Assembly: GCA_040285855.1 (NCBI GenBank)
Contig: JAUFOQ010000002.1
Span: 3,472,001 to 3,536,000 of the forward strand
Origin: Eukaryota sp. GEM-RC1
Taxonomy: Eukaryota
Reading direction: 5' to 3'
Length of the DNA: 64,000 nucleotides
Under the pieces are notes generated by a model that did not search any database, was not told the origin of the DNA, and saw only the letters and a list, made by a program, of their open reading frames with translations. Positions 36,772-50,007 of the stretch are shown here, one piece after another (position 1 is the stretch's first letter; the number at the start of each line of letters is the position of its first letter). The translations under genes were made by a program, and so were the position numbers.

Positions 36772-37136
36772 CATCTCTCTCTCTATTGAAGACAGTTTTT
36801 TTCTGATTTGAACTACGATAACAATAAGATAAGGTATCAACTTGAACAATATCCTGATTGTTCAACTAATTACTGAATGCAGTAAATGAATTGTTGCAGC
36901 GTTACAATCATACAATGTAGATTTCATTTATTAATTTTCAGTAATCGAAACTGTAGCAATTCCTGGAACTACTGAAGATCATTCTTGTAACACCAGAAGT
37001 ACTAGAGGTCGAGGAATTCCTAGAAATTCTCGTTGCTCAAAAGGGATCAGGTTATCTAGGGTTCCGAAGGAATTCCAGGAATATAGTTGCATCACCCAGA
37101 CTGCTATAGCACTTCCATATCCTCAACATCGGTTTG

Positions 37137-38027
37137 ATGCTTTCCAAATCAATCTCTGCAGATGATGTCACCAGTGAGAAATGGCAAAGTTCTGATACTT
37201 ATAGAGACATCATGTCCTTTATTACTGATCTAGCTTCTTCAACCATATCGGTCAAAAGAAAGGATGTTCCAGTAGCGGCTGCATCTCAAGCCATAATAGA
37301 TATCCTTAACCAAATAGACCATATCAACAGTCAGATCGTCATCTCACAAGACGTACAGACTCGATATGGACACAAGTCTTTCAGAACATTTCTATCCGAA
37401 GTACAACGATCCATTACTTCCATTTTGAAAGAAAAGTATCCCACCCTTGAACATGACGTCATCACTGAACTTGAACAATATCTAGTTGCTTCGTTAGGAG
37501 AGAGTACTAGACTAGACTATGGAACTGGTCATGAGTTGAACTTTGTCTTCTTTATGTTGGCACTATATCGCCTAAACGTGATAACTCGGGAGGATTTTCA
37601 ATCTTTAGCTCTACATGCTCTATACCATTATCTCCATATTGTATATACCATCCAGGACAAGTATAGATTGGAACCTGCAGGATCACAAGGAGCCTTTTCT
37701 TTTGATGACTATAACCTTATAGGCTTCGTTGTTGGATCATTCCAAATGAGAGGCAATGAAGACGCCATCATGCCGAATAACCTACAGGACATGAACCTAT
37801 TAACACTCCATGCAGAGGACTATCTGTTACTAGATTGTTTTCATAGGACGTTCAGTGTTAAGTCAATGGTGCAAATACGGGATATGCCTATAATTGATGC
37901 TTTTATCAGGGCAGTCAATTGGAAGAAAGCTTCTGCCGGAATGATCAAATTTTACAAGGATCATGTTCTAAATCAATTCCCTGTTGTTCAACACTGTCTT
38001 TTTGGTGAAATAATAAAAAAACCATGA
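37137..38027 (+). CDS. PTPA: PP2A phosphatase activator PTPA (Rrd1/2)
   Basis: RYGHKSFR, TRLDYGTGHELNF, YRLEPAGSQG and VLNQFPVVQH. Confidence 0.95.
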   Translation: MLSKSISADDVTSEKWQSSDTYRDIMSFITDLASSTISVKRKDVPVAAASQAIIDILNQIDHINSQIVISQDVQTRYGHKSFRTFLSEVQRSITSILKEKYPTLEHDVITELEQYLVASLGESTRLDYGTGHELNFVFFMLALYRLNVITREDFQSLALHALYHYLHIVYTIQDKYRLEPAGSQGAFSFDDYNLIGFVVGSFQMRGNEDAIMPNNLQDMNLLTLHAEDYLLLDCFHRTFSVKSMVQIRDMPIIDAFIRAVNWKKASAGMIKFYKDHVLNQFPVVQHCLFGEIIKKP

Positions 38028-38072
38028 ATGATGTACACGAATTATTATTTATTATGAGGATTAACACAAAAA

Positions 38073-38618
38073 TTAGAAGGTGAGTCTTTTAGGAAGTTTG
38101 GGGTGCTTATCAGGATGATGTGCGGTAAAGAAAAGTCCCTGGCCCTTGAACTTAAGATGAGGATCTTGCTTGAGGAAGTCTGCAATAGCACGAATATGAG
38201 TTTCATCACAGTCGGACAACCAAATATCTATCCGAGTTCCATTCTTTTTGGGAAGAAAAGCGAACCCATTGATAATGTTACTGAGGTCACCGAGTTGTTG
38301 TCCAACAACAAGGTAAAGAAGGTTCTCCCAGTTTTCTTGTAGTTTTTCAGGTGCTACAGTGTATTTGAAGCGGCCACCGTTGGCATTACGTTCATCTTCC
38401 CAAGCGGGTTGAATGTCATCACTGAAGAAGAACAGAGAAGATCCGTTAGCAAAATTGTTGAGTGGGGGAAGGGAGCGAAGGACTGATACAAACTTCACAG
38501 CGTCGGACACGGTGACGACTAATTCCATTTCTGCGGCATATCCTCCTCCTGAATTTGCAGGGGTAAAGAAAAGATTCCATGGGCGAGCCAAGGGGTATTG
38601 AGGTTGTTGTTCCTCCAT
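38073..38618 (-). CDS. EIF4E: Translation initiation factor eIF4E family protein
   Basis: YPLARPWNLFF, IQPAWEDERNANGG, WENLL and RIDIW. Confidence 0.9.
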   Translation of the reverse strand: MEEQQPQYPLARPWNLFFTPANSGGGYAAEMELVVTVSDAVKFVSVLRSLPPLNNFANGSSLFFFSDDIQPAWEDERNANGGRFKYTVAPEKLQENWENLLYLVVGQQLGDLSNIINGFAFLPKKNGTRIDIWLSDCDETHIRAIADFLKQDPHLKFKGQGLFFTAHHPDKHPKLPKRLTF

Positions 38619-38944
38619 TGTTGATGGGAGAAGAAAAGGTTTGAATTTCTTCAATTTAATTGCGTTGAAATTTTTCGATTATTTTGAAGGTTTATTAGAT
38701 TCCAAAAACAGTGTGTTTTTTTGCCTCTTTTGCATTAAATCTGCGATAAATGTAACGATACCTAATTTTATAAAACAAAATAGGTCAGAATCACATACAG
38801 TAATTGCATGTTCTAGAGAGGTGTTGATTTCGAGATGAATAGCAACACTGTCTCTAAGTTGATCCAAAATGTTTCAAGCCAATTACAGCATGTATTAGAA
38901 AGTGTTGAACAAATGCTTGTCTAAACAACAGATTTTTTGTGCAA

Positions 38945-39613
38945 ATGACATTTCCCTTTCAAGGAGTTGTCTTTGACGTTGATGGTACTCTACTTGAGTC
39001 TATGTCCATCTGGAAACAAGTTGATCATATCTTTCTTGAAAAACGCAACATCAAGGTTCCTTCTTCACTAGATCACAACATTTGTGGACTTTCTTTTACT
39101 GAAACAGCTGCTCACTTTCAAAATGTTTTCCAGTTACCACAATCTGTTGAAGAGATAAAGGACGAATTCCGTGATATCGCTTCTTCTTTATATTCTGATG
39201 TAGGACTCAAGCCAGGTGTTCTTCAGTTTATTCAACTCCTCAGGGATTTAAACGTTCCTTTAGGTATAGCAACTTCCACAGATCGAAAGATTCTTGACAA
39301 AACTCTGTTAAAACTCGACATTGCACACTATTTCTCTGCCACTAAAACTTCCTGTGAGGTGCCTAAAGGCAAACCTTCCCCGGATGTTTTCCTAGCAGCT
39401 GCACGTGATTTAAACGTGGATCCATCTCTATGCCTTGCCTTTGAAGACTCTGTCCAAGGAGCTGTGTCTGCACGTGAAGCTGGGATGAAAGTGTTTGCTA
39501 TTCGTGACAATCACGCCATTAAGAATGAGAATGAACTTAAGGTCATTTCTGATGGCCATTATTTCAATGATTGGCATGAGGTTTTGATTCATTTTGAAGA
39601 GTTCTTTAATTGA
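38945..39613 (+). CDS. HAD-superfamily phosphatase (subfamily IA)
   Basis: FDVDGTL, ATS, GKPSPDVF and FEDS. Confidence 0.92.
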   Translation: MTFPFQGVVFDVDGTLLESMSIWKQVDHIFLEKRNIKVPSSLDHNICGLSFTETAAHFQNVFQLPQSVEEIKDEFRDIASSLYSDVGLKPGVLQFIQLLRDLNVPLGIATSTDRKILDKTLLKLDIAHYFSATKTSCEVPKGKPSPDVFLAAARDLNVDPSLCLAFEDSVQGAVSAREAGMKVFAIRDNHAIKNENELKVISDGHYFNDWHEVLIHFEEFFN

Positions 39614-39759
39614 TGTGACTGTAAAAGTTGGTTTAAGGAAACATTTGGTTGTTGGTTTTAGAATTCTTTTTGTTTATCGTTAGATTTCTATTTTGAACCA
39701 TTTATTGCATGCCAATTTTTATATACATTATAATTGTCTAGCAAAAACGCCTTTTATTT

Positions 39760-40222
39760 ACAATTACAATAAAGAATATCATCAATATTAACCAATGAGA
39801 TACTGTACTAAAACCTCTACATCATCTCACATTCATGTTTCAATTCAAAGAGACGGTTTCAAAATCGAATCAAAATACCTAAACAATGCTTTGAAAAGGG
39901 AAAGCGACATCCTTCCAATAACTTTGATTAACGGTATTCCCATACTTTTGACATAATTTGCCGACAGATGTGATAATGAATATTCTTCTTTTTCTGCTTT
40001 GGATAAACTATTTTCAGTAGCACTCGAAACTGAATTCAAATACGGATCAACAGTAGTAAAATCTATCACACCTTGACAAGAATCAAGATATGGAACAATG
40101 AAATCACCTCGTCGAGAATTGGTAATATTATCATCACTATAATGTTTAAGAAGATGTCCGATTTTCCCATTGACATTTAAACATTTCATATGTAACGTCA
40201 CGAATTGTGTAAGATCGATCAA
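39760..40222 (-). mobile_element. Internally deleted RLE 3' fragment (family F)
   Basis: RRGDFIVPYL...IDFTTVDP...AEKE...RMSLSLFK. Confidence 0.65.
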
Positions 40223-40339
40223 ACATCCATATATATTATTTCAGGATCTTACTGAAATATTTAAAGAGACTTAACTGAAACAAAAAGGAAGAATACATGT
40301 ATACAAATATTCGAATAAATTAAAAATAAATTAAATAAA

Positions 40340-42753
40340 CTAAACAATTACCCGAGAATCTGTACAACTAATTTTGATTGCTCGTAGACCGATTAATCCA
40401 AAAATAGAGATCAATATGGCAAAAAACACCACGAAAACACGCTGCCTGCTGGAAAATCCACCAGACCTCTCAAATGAAGAGGGAAAAGGAAAATAAGATT
40501 CTAGAAAATCAATCAAAAGTGACTGACTTTCCTCATTTGGAGAAGTGTCACTCATATCATCATTTAAACATAGATATTTTGGCCTTCTTCGACGCACAGA
40601 ATCAAGTACACGTGATACTTCCCCAGGATTATCAGTGATTGGGTGGAAAGCAACGTCATCAAGGTCAGAAATGAAGTAATCGTACTTTGATTTACGACTG
40701 TAGACTTCGTTGAGAGAGTCAACAATCAATTTCTGATTAACAAAATCGGCTTTTTTTACACAAAAATCACGTAACTGAACCGGTCTATAATTGTCATCAA
40801 TGGTATTGATTAATGAACCAGCAAGTCCGTATTTAGAAACTGCCGACAACTGACTACCTGCCAAATCCATTGAAAAAGATCAGTCACGTTGGCTAAATAT
40901 TCAGCAGGATAAAAATTAGTTTGTCCTGTGGTCACGTTTGATAGCCAATCAATCGAACGATGAGTCACGGGATCAAATATATCAGCAAGAAATCTTCGGA
41001 CTTCGTGGTGACAAAGCTTTCCATCTCCATCGACATCATAAAATTTAAAAAAATACTCACCATTTTGAGCTGGTCTTTTGGCTTCCTGAAGAAAAGAATA
41101 ATACATTAAAGAGAACTGAACGTCTGTCGAGTCCCTGAATCGATGAGTGGCAGTCGAATCAAGTTCTGTAGGAAAAGTCTGGTGAATATCTTTTAAAATA
41201 TTTAATTGGACAAAGTAGGGCATATGAGCAGGTACACGTCTGTTAGCTGGTCCAAAAGATTTAACTAGTAATCGGTCAACGAATTTCAGTGAATCAGAGT
41301 AGTAATCAATCACGTGATCAGGTTCAGAATCAGACTCTGATGTCGTGGTAAATGCAAATGGAGAAGATACGTCATCAGTCTGAGTGATCACGTCATCCGT
41401 CACGTCATCAGTTTCCTCAACATCAGGCAAAAGTACAGTCAGTTTAAACTTTGTTTCATAACCTGTTTGCTCATTGTATAGAATTACCTCATGATTAAAT
41501 GATAAAGAAGAGTTGAAGCCAAGAAAAGCCAATTCTTTTAATGAATCTGACAATGACTCCCGTTGATGGAGCACAATAGTAAGTAGATTGGCGTCATTCC
41601 TGTATAGGCAAGTCCAGATGCAATCAAGTGCAAATGATTGGCTTGATTCGCCATCAAGGTCAAAATCAAGAGCAATCCACTTGACTGACAACGTGTCATT
41701 GACAGAAACATCAACATCAATCAAAACTGATCGACTATCAATGGACACCTCCACATCACCAATCAAATCTTTTTCGACCCCAACAACATCACTTTCCAAA
41801 TCCGTATTAATCAAAACACAATCACCACCGTCATAGCCACACTCTCTATTATTACACATTGAATCACAGTAACCATCACCAATCCAAGTAACAAAGCAAC
41901 CGGTGGAACAGTAACGATTATTTTGAGAAAAGGAAGTAGAAAAAGAATTCCAAGAAAAGAAATTTGATTGTTGATTGTCATCAGGATCAACACCTTCACA
42001 GTCACCATCATCAAATCCACAATCCTCGTTATTACAAGCTGAGTCACACCTTCCATCACCCAACCATTGAGAGCTACACCCAGGAGAACACTCAGGCACA
42101 GGCCAAGTTAAGAAGACAGCCTGTCCACGTGGAGTAATGAGATCAGAGGGGAGAAGGGGGGAGCCAAGGAAGAAGTCGTCGTTGAAGTAGAGGAAGTGAG
42201 GTGAAACACCAAGTTCATCAAGACGGTAGAACTGAGACTCAATGGCAGGAGAAGAAAAGACTGGGAGAGTACCAGAGAGTTCAAAAGGAAAGAGATCAGA
42301 ATGATCAATGATTTTGACCTTAGGATGACGTGTGTTGAGCCAGTGGGGAACTTGTTGGTCAGTAATGATGAAGACTTTTCTTATCCATGGAGCATAGGTT
42401 TCCAGTGAACGCAGGGAGTATAGAAGTTCATTGAATTCACGAAATCTATTGGCTGTGACAGTCTTGTTGGAAGATTTCAGGTAGAGAGATCGTTTGGAGA
42501 AGTGAACAGGGTCCGAGCCATTAACCCAAGTATAGACAGCATCTATTTCAGGGAAATTGTATACTGAGGGATCAACGTTGCCAATGTTGTTGAAGGAGTG
42601 TTTGGTGTGGTTATGAAAGAATGAAGAAAGAATGTTTAGTGCAGAGAAAGCACAGAAGAAAACTAGGCAAACTGCTAAGCACAGGCCCAGAGAGGTATTG
42701 ATGAAACGCAGTAAGTGATGTCTGAGAACTTTGAGGGAATGATGTTGGGCCAT
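40340..42753 (-). CDS. GNPTAB: GlcNAc-1-phosphotransferase alpha/beta-like (Stealth family with LNR repeats and EF-hand); indel near 40870
   Basis: IDAVYTWVNGSDP, ELLYSLRS, FSSPAIE, FLYFNDDFFLG, two Cys-rich LNR repeats, PAHMP, an EF-hand (DVDGDGKL) and YLCLNDD, with N- and C-terminal TM segments. Confidence 0.9.
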
Positions 42754-43209
42754 TGAAATGAAAATTGGTCGTAAGTACAACAAACGGGGCGATCAATGTC
42801 ACTTCACAAACATCTGTTTGTCCAATAGAAAAGCACTACAGCAATATGTCATGCACGGTACGTTGGCTAAACTCAATTAGCACATGTCAATTTTTATAAT
42901 TGGAACACGTGCTACTCTTGTGGTATTATTGGAAATTTAAAAAGAGAAGATTATCGTACATGTATTCTTTAAATAATAGACAATAAATATACAATTAAGT
43001 TAAAGAAACAAGCTTAATTGGCAAAGTTCAACCGAGAATTCGAGGTTAAATACACAAATTCACATCAGCCAGAAAAACCAAAAGAATCATAATGAAAACG
43101 ATTAAAGGACAACAAAATGAGAAACCTAACTAGAATGTACAATAAGGAAGTCAAAAGGTTTCTTGAAAATTCTCAACAAAGAAAATCAATATCAATACAT
43201 AACCAACGA

Positions 43210-45238
43210 TTAATCCTGTATATCTAATTGTTTCATTAGCAAATCTTCTTGTTCTTGGAAGTAATTTAACAACAATTTACGTCGATTCTGACGACTTTTA
43301 ATAATTTCTGCTCGTTTTAAATTTTCGCTCTGTTTCTGTTGATTGACGGTCCGATTTAATTGACTCTGTTTTTGTAGTTTAAAATTTAAAATATCATTCG
43401 CTTTTCGCTCCATATCCGACTGTAAACGTTTCCTGACCTCCAATGACTCTTGAGCACGTTTTTCCTCGATTTTCTTCTTATTCTCAACGACTTCCACGGA
43501 AGTTTGAACCTTTTGGCCTTTTCTGACCATCTGGTCATTTGGAAAGAAATCTTGGCGTGGGCAGAAGTAAATGCCAGTAAATCACTCTTTTTGGACTTTT
43601 GTTTACTCAATGATGACGTTGGCTTTTTGACCTGATTGGTCTCAGAACGAGAAGCAGTGGAATCACTTGACAATGTTTTCTTCATTTGATTATAATCTTG
43701 TCGAATCAGATATGACCGGCCAGCTCTACTGTGATTGACTTTCTGTAAACCTTGAAGTTCTTGTGATCGTAACCGTGACGCGATTTTCTTCTTTCTTTCA
43801 TATTCTTGTGATTTTTGAGTTTTTACCTGGTCTTGTATTTCAGATCTAGTTGATTTGGAATAATCCCATCGCCATATTTTAAAATCGTTGAATTTTTGAA
43901 TGGACATGTTTTTAATTTTGGTGATTTTTTCCAAATTTTGCTCTGCAATTCGATGACGTTGTTGAGACAATTGATCTTTGACCTCCATTTTTTCTAGTGA
44001 TCTCAATATATGATTGGAGTTCATTTCTGATTGAGTCACGTCATGTTTTTTAGAAAGAGAGCAAAGTGAGCCTTCCAAGTATTCAGTTTCCAATTGTGGA
44101 ACAATCACGGGATCGTTGATTACTTTGATCTCTGGCTCATCAGTAGGACATATTTGACCGTCAATCATTTGGACCGAACCGTCGGAAATTAAATCAATCA
44201 AATTTTGATTGTCATCATCTTTCTCCTGAGTAATTGACCTCTGCTTAGCTCTACTTCTTTGAGTTAAAGGTCCTCGTGATTTCCAAGAAGGTTTTTCAGC
44301 TGGCTTTTCCGAATATTTCAATTCTTGACTAAATTTAAAATTTCTTGGTGTGGGATGATGTCTTTTAGCATAATAGTTTCGCCACTTCGTTTGAATGAGG
44401 ATAGCAGATCTAACACGTTTAGCAGTTTTTACATTTGATATAGTATCCATATCATTTGAGTCTTCACCATCCGCATTTTTCAATTTTTTAAATTTTTCCG
44501 AACTAAATATCCTCTGAAAACTCGTTGTATTTCTAAAGATGCCGCATATCTAACCAAATAAATTCTCATAGTTTGTTTGCGTGCTTTCCACCCTCTAAAA
44601 ACACGTTGAATTAAAATAATTGGAGAAATAACTTTTTGGATTAAGAAAATATTTGAAAAAATCGTTGACACGTGTTGAAGACCATAAAGATCAGAACTTC
44701 CTTGTAGCGATTTCCAATCAAAACAGGCATAATCTGATAGCGCTTGCCAATACGGAAAAGTTGATGACCAATTTAATCCATTAATTACTTCAGAGTCAGA
44801 AATGACGTGATGGTCAAGAAGAATCAACGAGAAAAAGGAATTAACAACAAAATGTCGATAACTTACGTGACGGGTCAACGGATTTCCGTCAAGCCTGAGG
44901 ACTTTCAACGACTGTATAGTGAGGAGAGAAGAGATGGCAGACAATGATGAAAAGGAGTTGTCATGAAGTAGTAGGATTTTTAGAGAAGATAGAAGAGACC
45001 AAAAGTTAGAAGAAGGGAATCTAGACAAGTGACTGTTAGAGAGATCTAGGTAGAGGAGGTTAGAACATCTAGTGATTGAATCAAACTGTTTGAGAGGGTT
45101 ATGTGAGCAAGAAATGTAACAAAGGGAACTAAACTGGGGCGGAAGAGATATGTATTCTAGATTTATTGAAGGAAGTACCAACGACAGTGGGAGAATAGAG
45201 TCATCAGCATAATGAGTGAGGTCAACAGAACGGGACAT
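43210..45238 (-). CDS. LRRIQ3: LRR and IQ domain protein (LRRIQ3-like); two indels
   Basis: FWSLLSSLKILLLHDN...YRHFVVNS...LDHHVISDSEVI, then IQRVFRGW, IQRVFRGY and IQTKWRNY, then a coiled coil. Confidence 0.8.
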
Positions 45239-45294
45239 TCATGTACAATAGCGATTTCTGTTGACAATTCACATCCAACACCTCTACCAGATCA

Positions 45295-48200
45295 ATGCAT
45301 TCAGAATCTCTTTCCTTTAATGTTAAGAATCTATCTTCTACACTATCAAAACAACTTTCTCTACCCGTAAGTGAGACTAATGGAGACAATGATCCTGTTA
45401 TTCCCTCTGCTACTCCCGAAACATCTCACACCATCCATCCATTTGATCTCAGCCGAGTTCTTACACCTCCAATAGTCTCCAAACCCTCTTCTGAACAATC
45501 AATCTTCCTTTCAGACAACCACCTAATCAACACCTCATCTCTTCTCTCTGATACTCTTGCCACCATTGACCTTCGTACTTTCAACCCAGCTCAGCAGACT
45601 TCTTTGCAACAGACTGAGAAGATCACGTCATCATCTAAAAAGACAAGGAAAATCGTTCTCCCACAGACTTTCTCCTCTTCCCCTAGTCCTTTGGAAACAA
45701 TCAAAGAAGGGCTCACTTTCTAGAAAGAAGAAGGTGCTGGATCCATGGGTTCAACATCAGGAGAACATAATACTTAATCGAATGTCGATGCCTTCTAAAT
45801 ATTTAAAAAAGAGGTCTAAATCAAAAGTGATTGACCAGTTAATTATAATAGAACCTTCAGAGATTTGTTTTTCTGATTTTTGATGTTGGTGGCGTTTATG
45901 AAATTATTGCTACTATTAGAAACACCTCTGCCGTTTCTCTAAAATTTAAATTAATTCCCCCAAACTCAGAACAATTTGCTGTCACAATGTCGTATAATAA
46001 CACATGTGAACACGTGCTGGCTCCTGGTTTAACTAAAAATTTAAATATTTTGTATAAGCCACACTGTCTTGCACCTCAACAATCATTTTTTAAATTGATT
46101 GTGGAAGCTGTTGGAGGGGATGAGCAGCAATCACTTGTGATCCCGGTCAAGGCAATCAAACCCTTCCCTGTTTTGGAAATGGAAAGTGTCCTTGATTTTG
46201 GCTTCTGTTGGGTTGGAGAAGAACTTGACCACGAATTTTGTTTAAATAATGATGGAGGATTCGCAACTTTTAAATTATTAACAGTTGAACAATATCAATC
46301 TGGAAATATTGAAAATCTTGACAATTCTGGTGATTCTGAAGTAGATTCAATTTCACTCGCTAACAATCAACTTTCCATCTCACCTGCCTCTTTTACTATT
46401 TCCACTCATGAATCTCTGTATTTTACCTTTAACTGTACTAGTGAAGGGCTTGTAACTGACAAGTTTGTCTTGATTTCCGATCAGGGAGCTGTAAGAGAAG
46501 TAGAGGTCAAAATTACAGCCCAAAAACCATCACTTTTGATTGAGGGTGTTGACATGAATTATTTAAGTATTTCACAGATACCGTCTGTTTTTCCAGGTGA
46601 ATCTTCTTCTATTTCATTTTCCCTAACCAATCCCACTAACCTTCCTATACCTTTCTCTTTTGAATTTACTGCTCACCCTTGGATTTCTGCCACATTTGAT
46701 GATGATAACTTTGATGTTTTTGGATTGGTCAATCTCTTTTCAATCAATCCCAATCAGGGAATGATTGACGGACAATCAACTGTAGAGTGTTTTGTCTCAT
46801 TTACTTGTGACTTTCCTTTTGATTCAAAATTCTTAGTTAATTTAAATTGTCACATTTTAAATAATTATGTCGCCATTCCACCTCCAACTGGTTTAGCCTT
46901 TGCACTGCCCATGAGCAGTTCCTGCGTGTCTTTCACTTCGGAATATTTTAAAATTTCGCCACCAACTATCACGACATCGGTGTCACTTAGTCAACGGAAG
47001 TCTTTTGAAGTTACGTTACATAATCAATCAAACCAATCGTTGTTCTTTGGATTGGAGTCTTCCTCACAGTCGTTATTTTTCTGGAAACCAAAAATGATTG
47101 AAATTCCGAAATTGGAAAGTAGAAAAGCTCAAGTTGTTGTTGATTGTACAAAGGAGAAGGTTGACTCTCATAAGTTTCATGATAGTTCTACAATCAATAT
47201 TTATTCTGATTCTCATTTTTTATTGAAAAGGAAGAATTCCGATTCAATTTTGAACTATTGCCTTTACAAATTAGTTTTGATCCTATTGTTTTGGATTTTG
47301 GTCAAACTCTCTTTTCATCAAGTTCCAAAAAATCCTTTGAAATTAAAAATAACGAAAAATTTAAAATTAAATGTGACATGAATTTTGTTTTTGATGACCG
47401 CTCCGCCCATAACATTTTATTTCCCAATCAACAATTCTCTTACTCCGTGATTATTGACCCTCAATCAAAAGTGACAGTTGAAACTGATCTAGTTACGGGA
47501 CCGTTTCATGGAATTACCCATGAATCTTTTTTTGAAAATTTCAGTTCATATTTAAATTTTGAATTTTCTCCTGTTTCTGTAGTATCTGATTGTAAGTCTT
47601 TTACTTTACATGAAGTTCTGCACGTAACTTCTGAAGTTTATGAGCCCTATTTCGACATTCCTCAATCAATTTTGATTGATCAGCTGTTCTCCACGATTCC
47701 TCTTGAAAAGTGTATTTCAGTAAGGAATACAAGTCCTTTGTCGTCTGTTGTTACCGTTTCTGCAGCTTCCTGTCAATCAAATTTGATTGTTGAATTTGAT
47801 ATGACCGATCCTTTGAGTTTTGAGCCTCTTGAAACTAAAAATTTAAATTTTTGGATCCGTGTCGATGACATTTGTGACAATTTATCTTTTGATTCCATCA
47901 TTGTCTTTAGAATCTTCTTCAAAGTTGACAATGTTTGGGTGGAAAAACCTTCTAAACTTGTTTTTACTTCATGTAGATCTGTTACTCCATTGACTTTTGA
48001 ACTCAATCAATTTAACCATCTTTTTTCAAATATTTCAAATATTTCAGTTCCTACCGTTGAAGAACTTAATTCTAATATTGAAGCATTAAATAACCAGATT
48101 GAAATATTTAAAAATCCTGCCCTGACCGAACCAGAATCTAAATCTAAAGCTGACAAAAGAAAAAGAAACCTGAACCTCATACTTTAGAAATGGAGCTCAT

Positions 48201-50007
48201 GATTAAAGCTGAAAGGGAATCATTTGTCATCCAATCAAAATTGATTGAAGAAGAACGTGATAATCTATCACGATTTTTTGAAGTTAATGCAATGATGACG
48301 TGCGATAATGATTGCCAGCCTTTGATCACGTCTATTTCTCTGGGTTCAATCAGTTGTCATCACATTGCAATCAGGAAAGTCGCATTAACTAATCAAACCC
48401 CAATCAACTGTAAAGTGTTTCTACGTGGCAAGACTATCAATTTTGAAGATGCCACCTTCCCGCTTTCAGATGTTTCCCAAAGGTCTCATTTAACTTCTAC
48501 ATTGCCATTTTCTTTGCCAAAAACAAGGGCGATCTCTAGAAAATCTGGTGTGTCAACTAAACAGTTCCTTTCCACCACAAAATCTGTGAATGTTTCGAAA
48601 AAGTCATCTTCACTGCTTGCAGAATATTTCAATTTTAATTCAGAGAATCATTGGGTTTTAGATCCTAGTTCTCCCAAATTTTCAAATATTTCAGATCAAA
48701 TTTCCACTTGGCTATCGCAACAGTTTTCTGAAAATGTGGTCTTTTTCCTGCCAATCAATTTTGATGGGACTGTCATTTCTCAAAATAATCCACTTTATTT
48801 CAAATCTTTTGAATCACGAGAATTTCTTCTTCTTTCCAGTTCTTGTTTTCCTGGATTCTATCAAGAAGAACTCACCGTCTGCAACACTGAAAATTATGCT
48901 GAAATTTTTAATTTTGACGTTTCTTTTTCCACTCATAATTCTCCAATCTTTATTCAGAAGAGAACTCCCAATTTATATCACGTGAACTCCATGTCCTGTT
49001 TATTACAGTTATATCCTGTTCTATCTGGTTCTGAGAAGATTTCTCGAGAATTCTATGTTGAAAATCCATCTTTTGTCGATGTTGACGTCACGCTGTCAAT
49101 CGAAAGTGATGACGAACTGATTCATTTTGCTGTAAACACCACCAGTTTCTCTTTGAAGTCACACTCAGTTGGAAAGTTTGATCTCTTTTTTAATCCACCA
49201 CAGTTTGCAACACTTTGCAAAAACACTCTTTCTGTTCTCTGTTATCCATCTGACAGCACAAATTTTAAATTTTCTACTATCGAGCCAATCAAAATTGATC
49301 TTGTGGTTGAATCGGTTAAACCAGAACTCGATATAGATCATGTTGAAGATAATTTCCACTATATTTTAAATTCAGATGGTGTCTGGAATCCTGCAAGACA
49401 CAGTCTTTTAATCAGAAACCCCTTACTTTCAACAATCAATTTCAATGCAATTATTAAATATCCTTTTAAATTTGATGGTTCAGACCAAAATTCGATGGAA
49501 GTTTGTTTGAAAAGCAATGAGACATTGTCTTTGCCTATAATTTTTGATCTGGATCCTTCTGAAATTTTAAATTTTGTTCACAATCCAGTAATTGAACGTT
49601 CTGTAGATTTCACCTTCAATTCAAATGAAAATTCAATTATCTCTTCCAAACTTGTGGCAGTTGTCGATTATCCTTTGTTGAAATCAGAAGACGATGAGCT
49701 CTTCATTGGGAAAACTAACCGTGGAATTGAAATTGTGAAAAAGTTTAAAATTTTCAATTTTGGACTATCACCAGCGATTTGGTCATGTTTTTCGGATTCA
49801 TCAGTTTTTAATATTTCTGAAACTTTTGGAGTTCTTTCCGCTAAAAAGTCTTTTCAATCTGGACTGTCGAATTATCACTATCTGTCTATATCTTTTCTTC
49901 CAAAAGATTTTGGTTCTTTTGAAGACAAATTTGAATTTTCGGTTGTTTCTGGAAACTCTTTTAACTTGACTGTAAAGGGAATATGTGAAGTTGAAGAACT
50001 TAGCTAA
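45295..50007 (+). CDS. DLEC1: DLEC1/CFAP81-like ciliary protein with tandem ASH/Ig-like domains; four indels
   Basis: FSDFDVGGVYE...IRNTS...LIPP...LAPG...IPVKA.KPFPVL...LDFGFCWVG matches the DLEC1 motif order. Five consecutive ORFs join into one protein. Confidence 0.7.
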
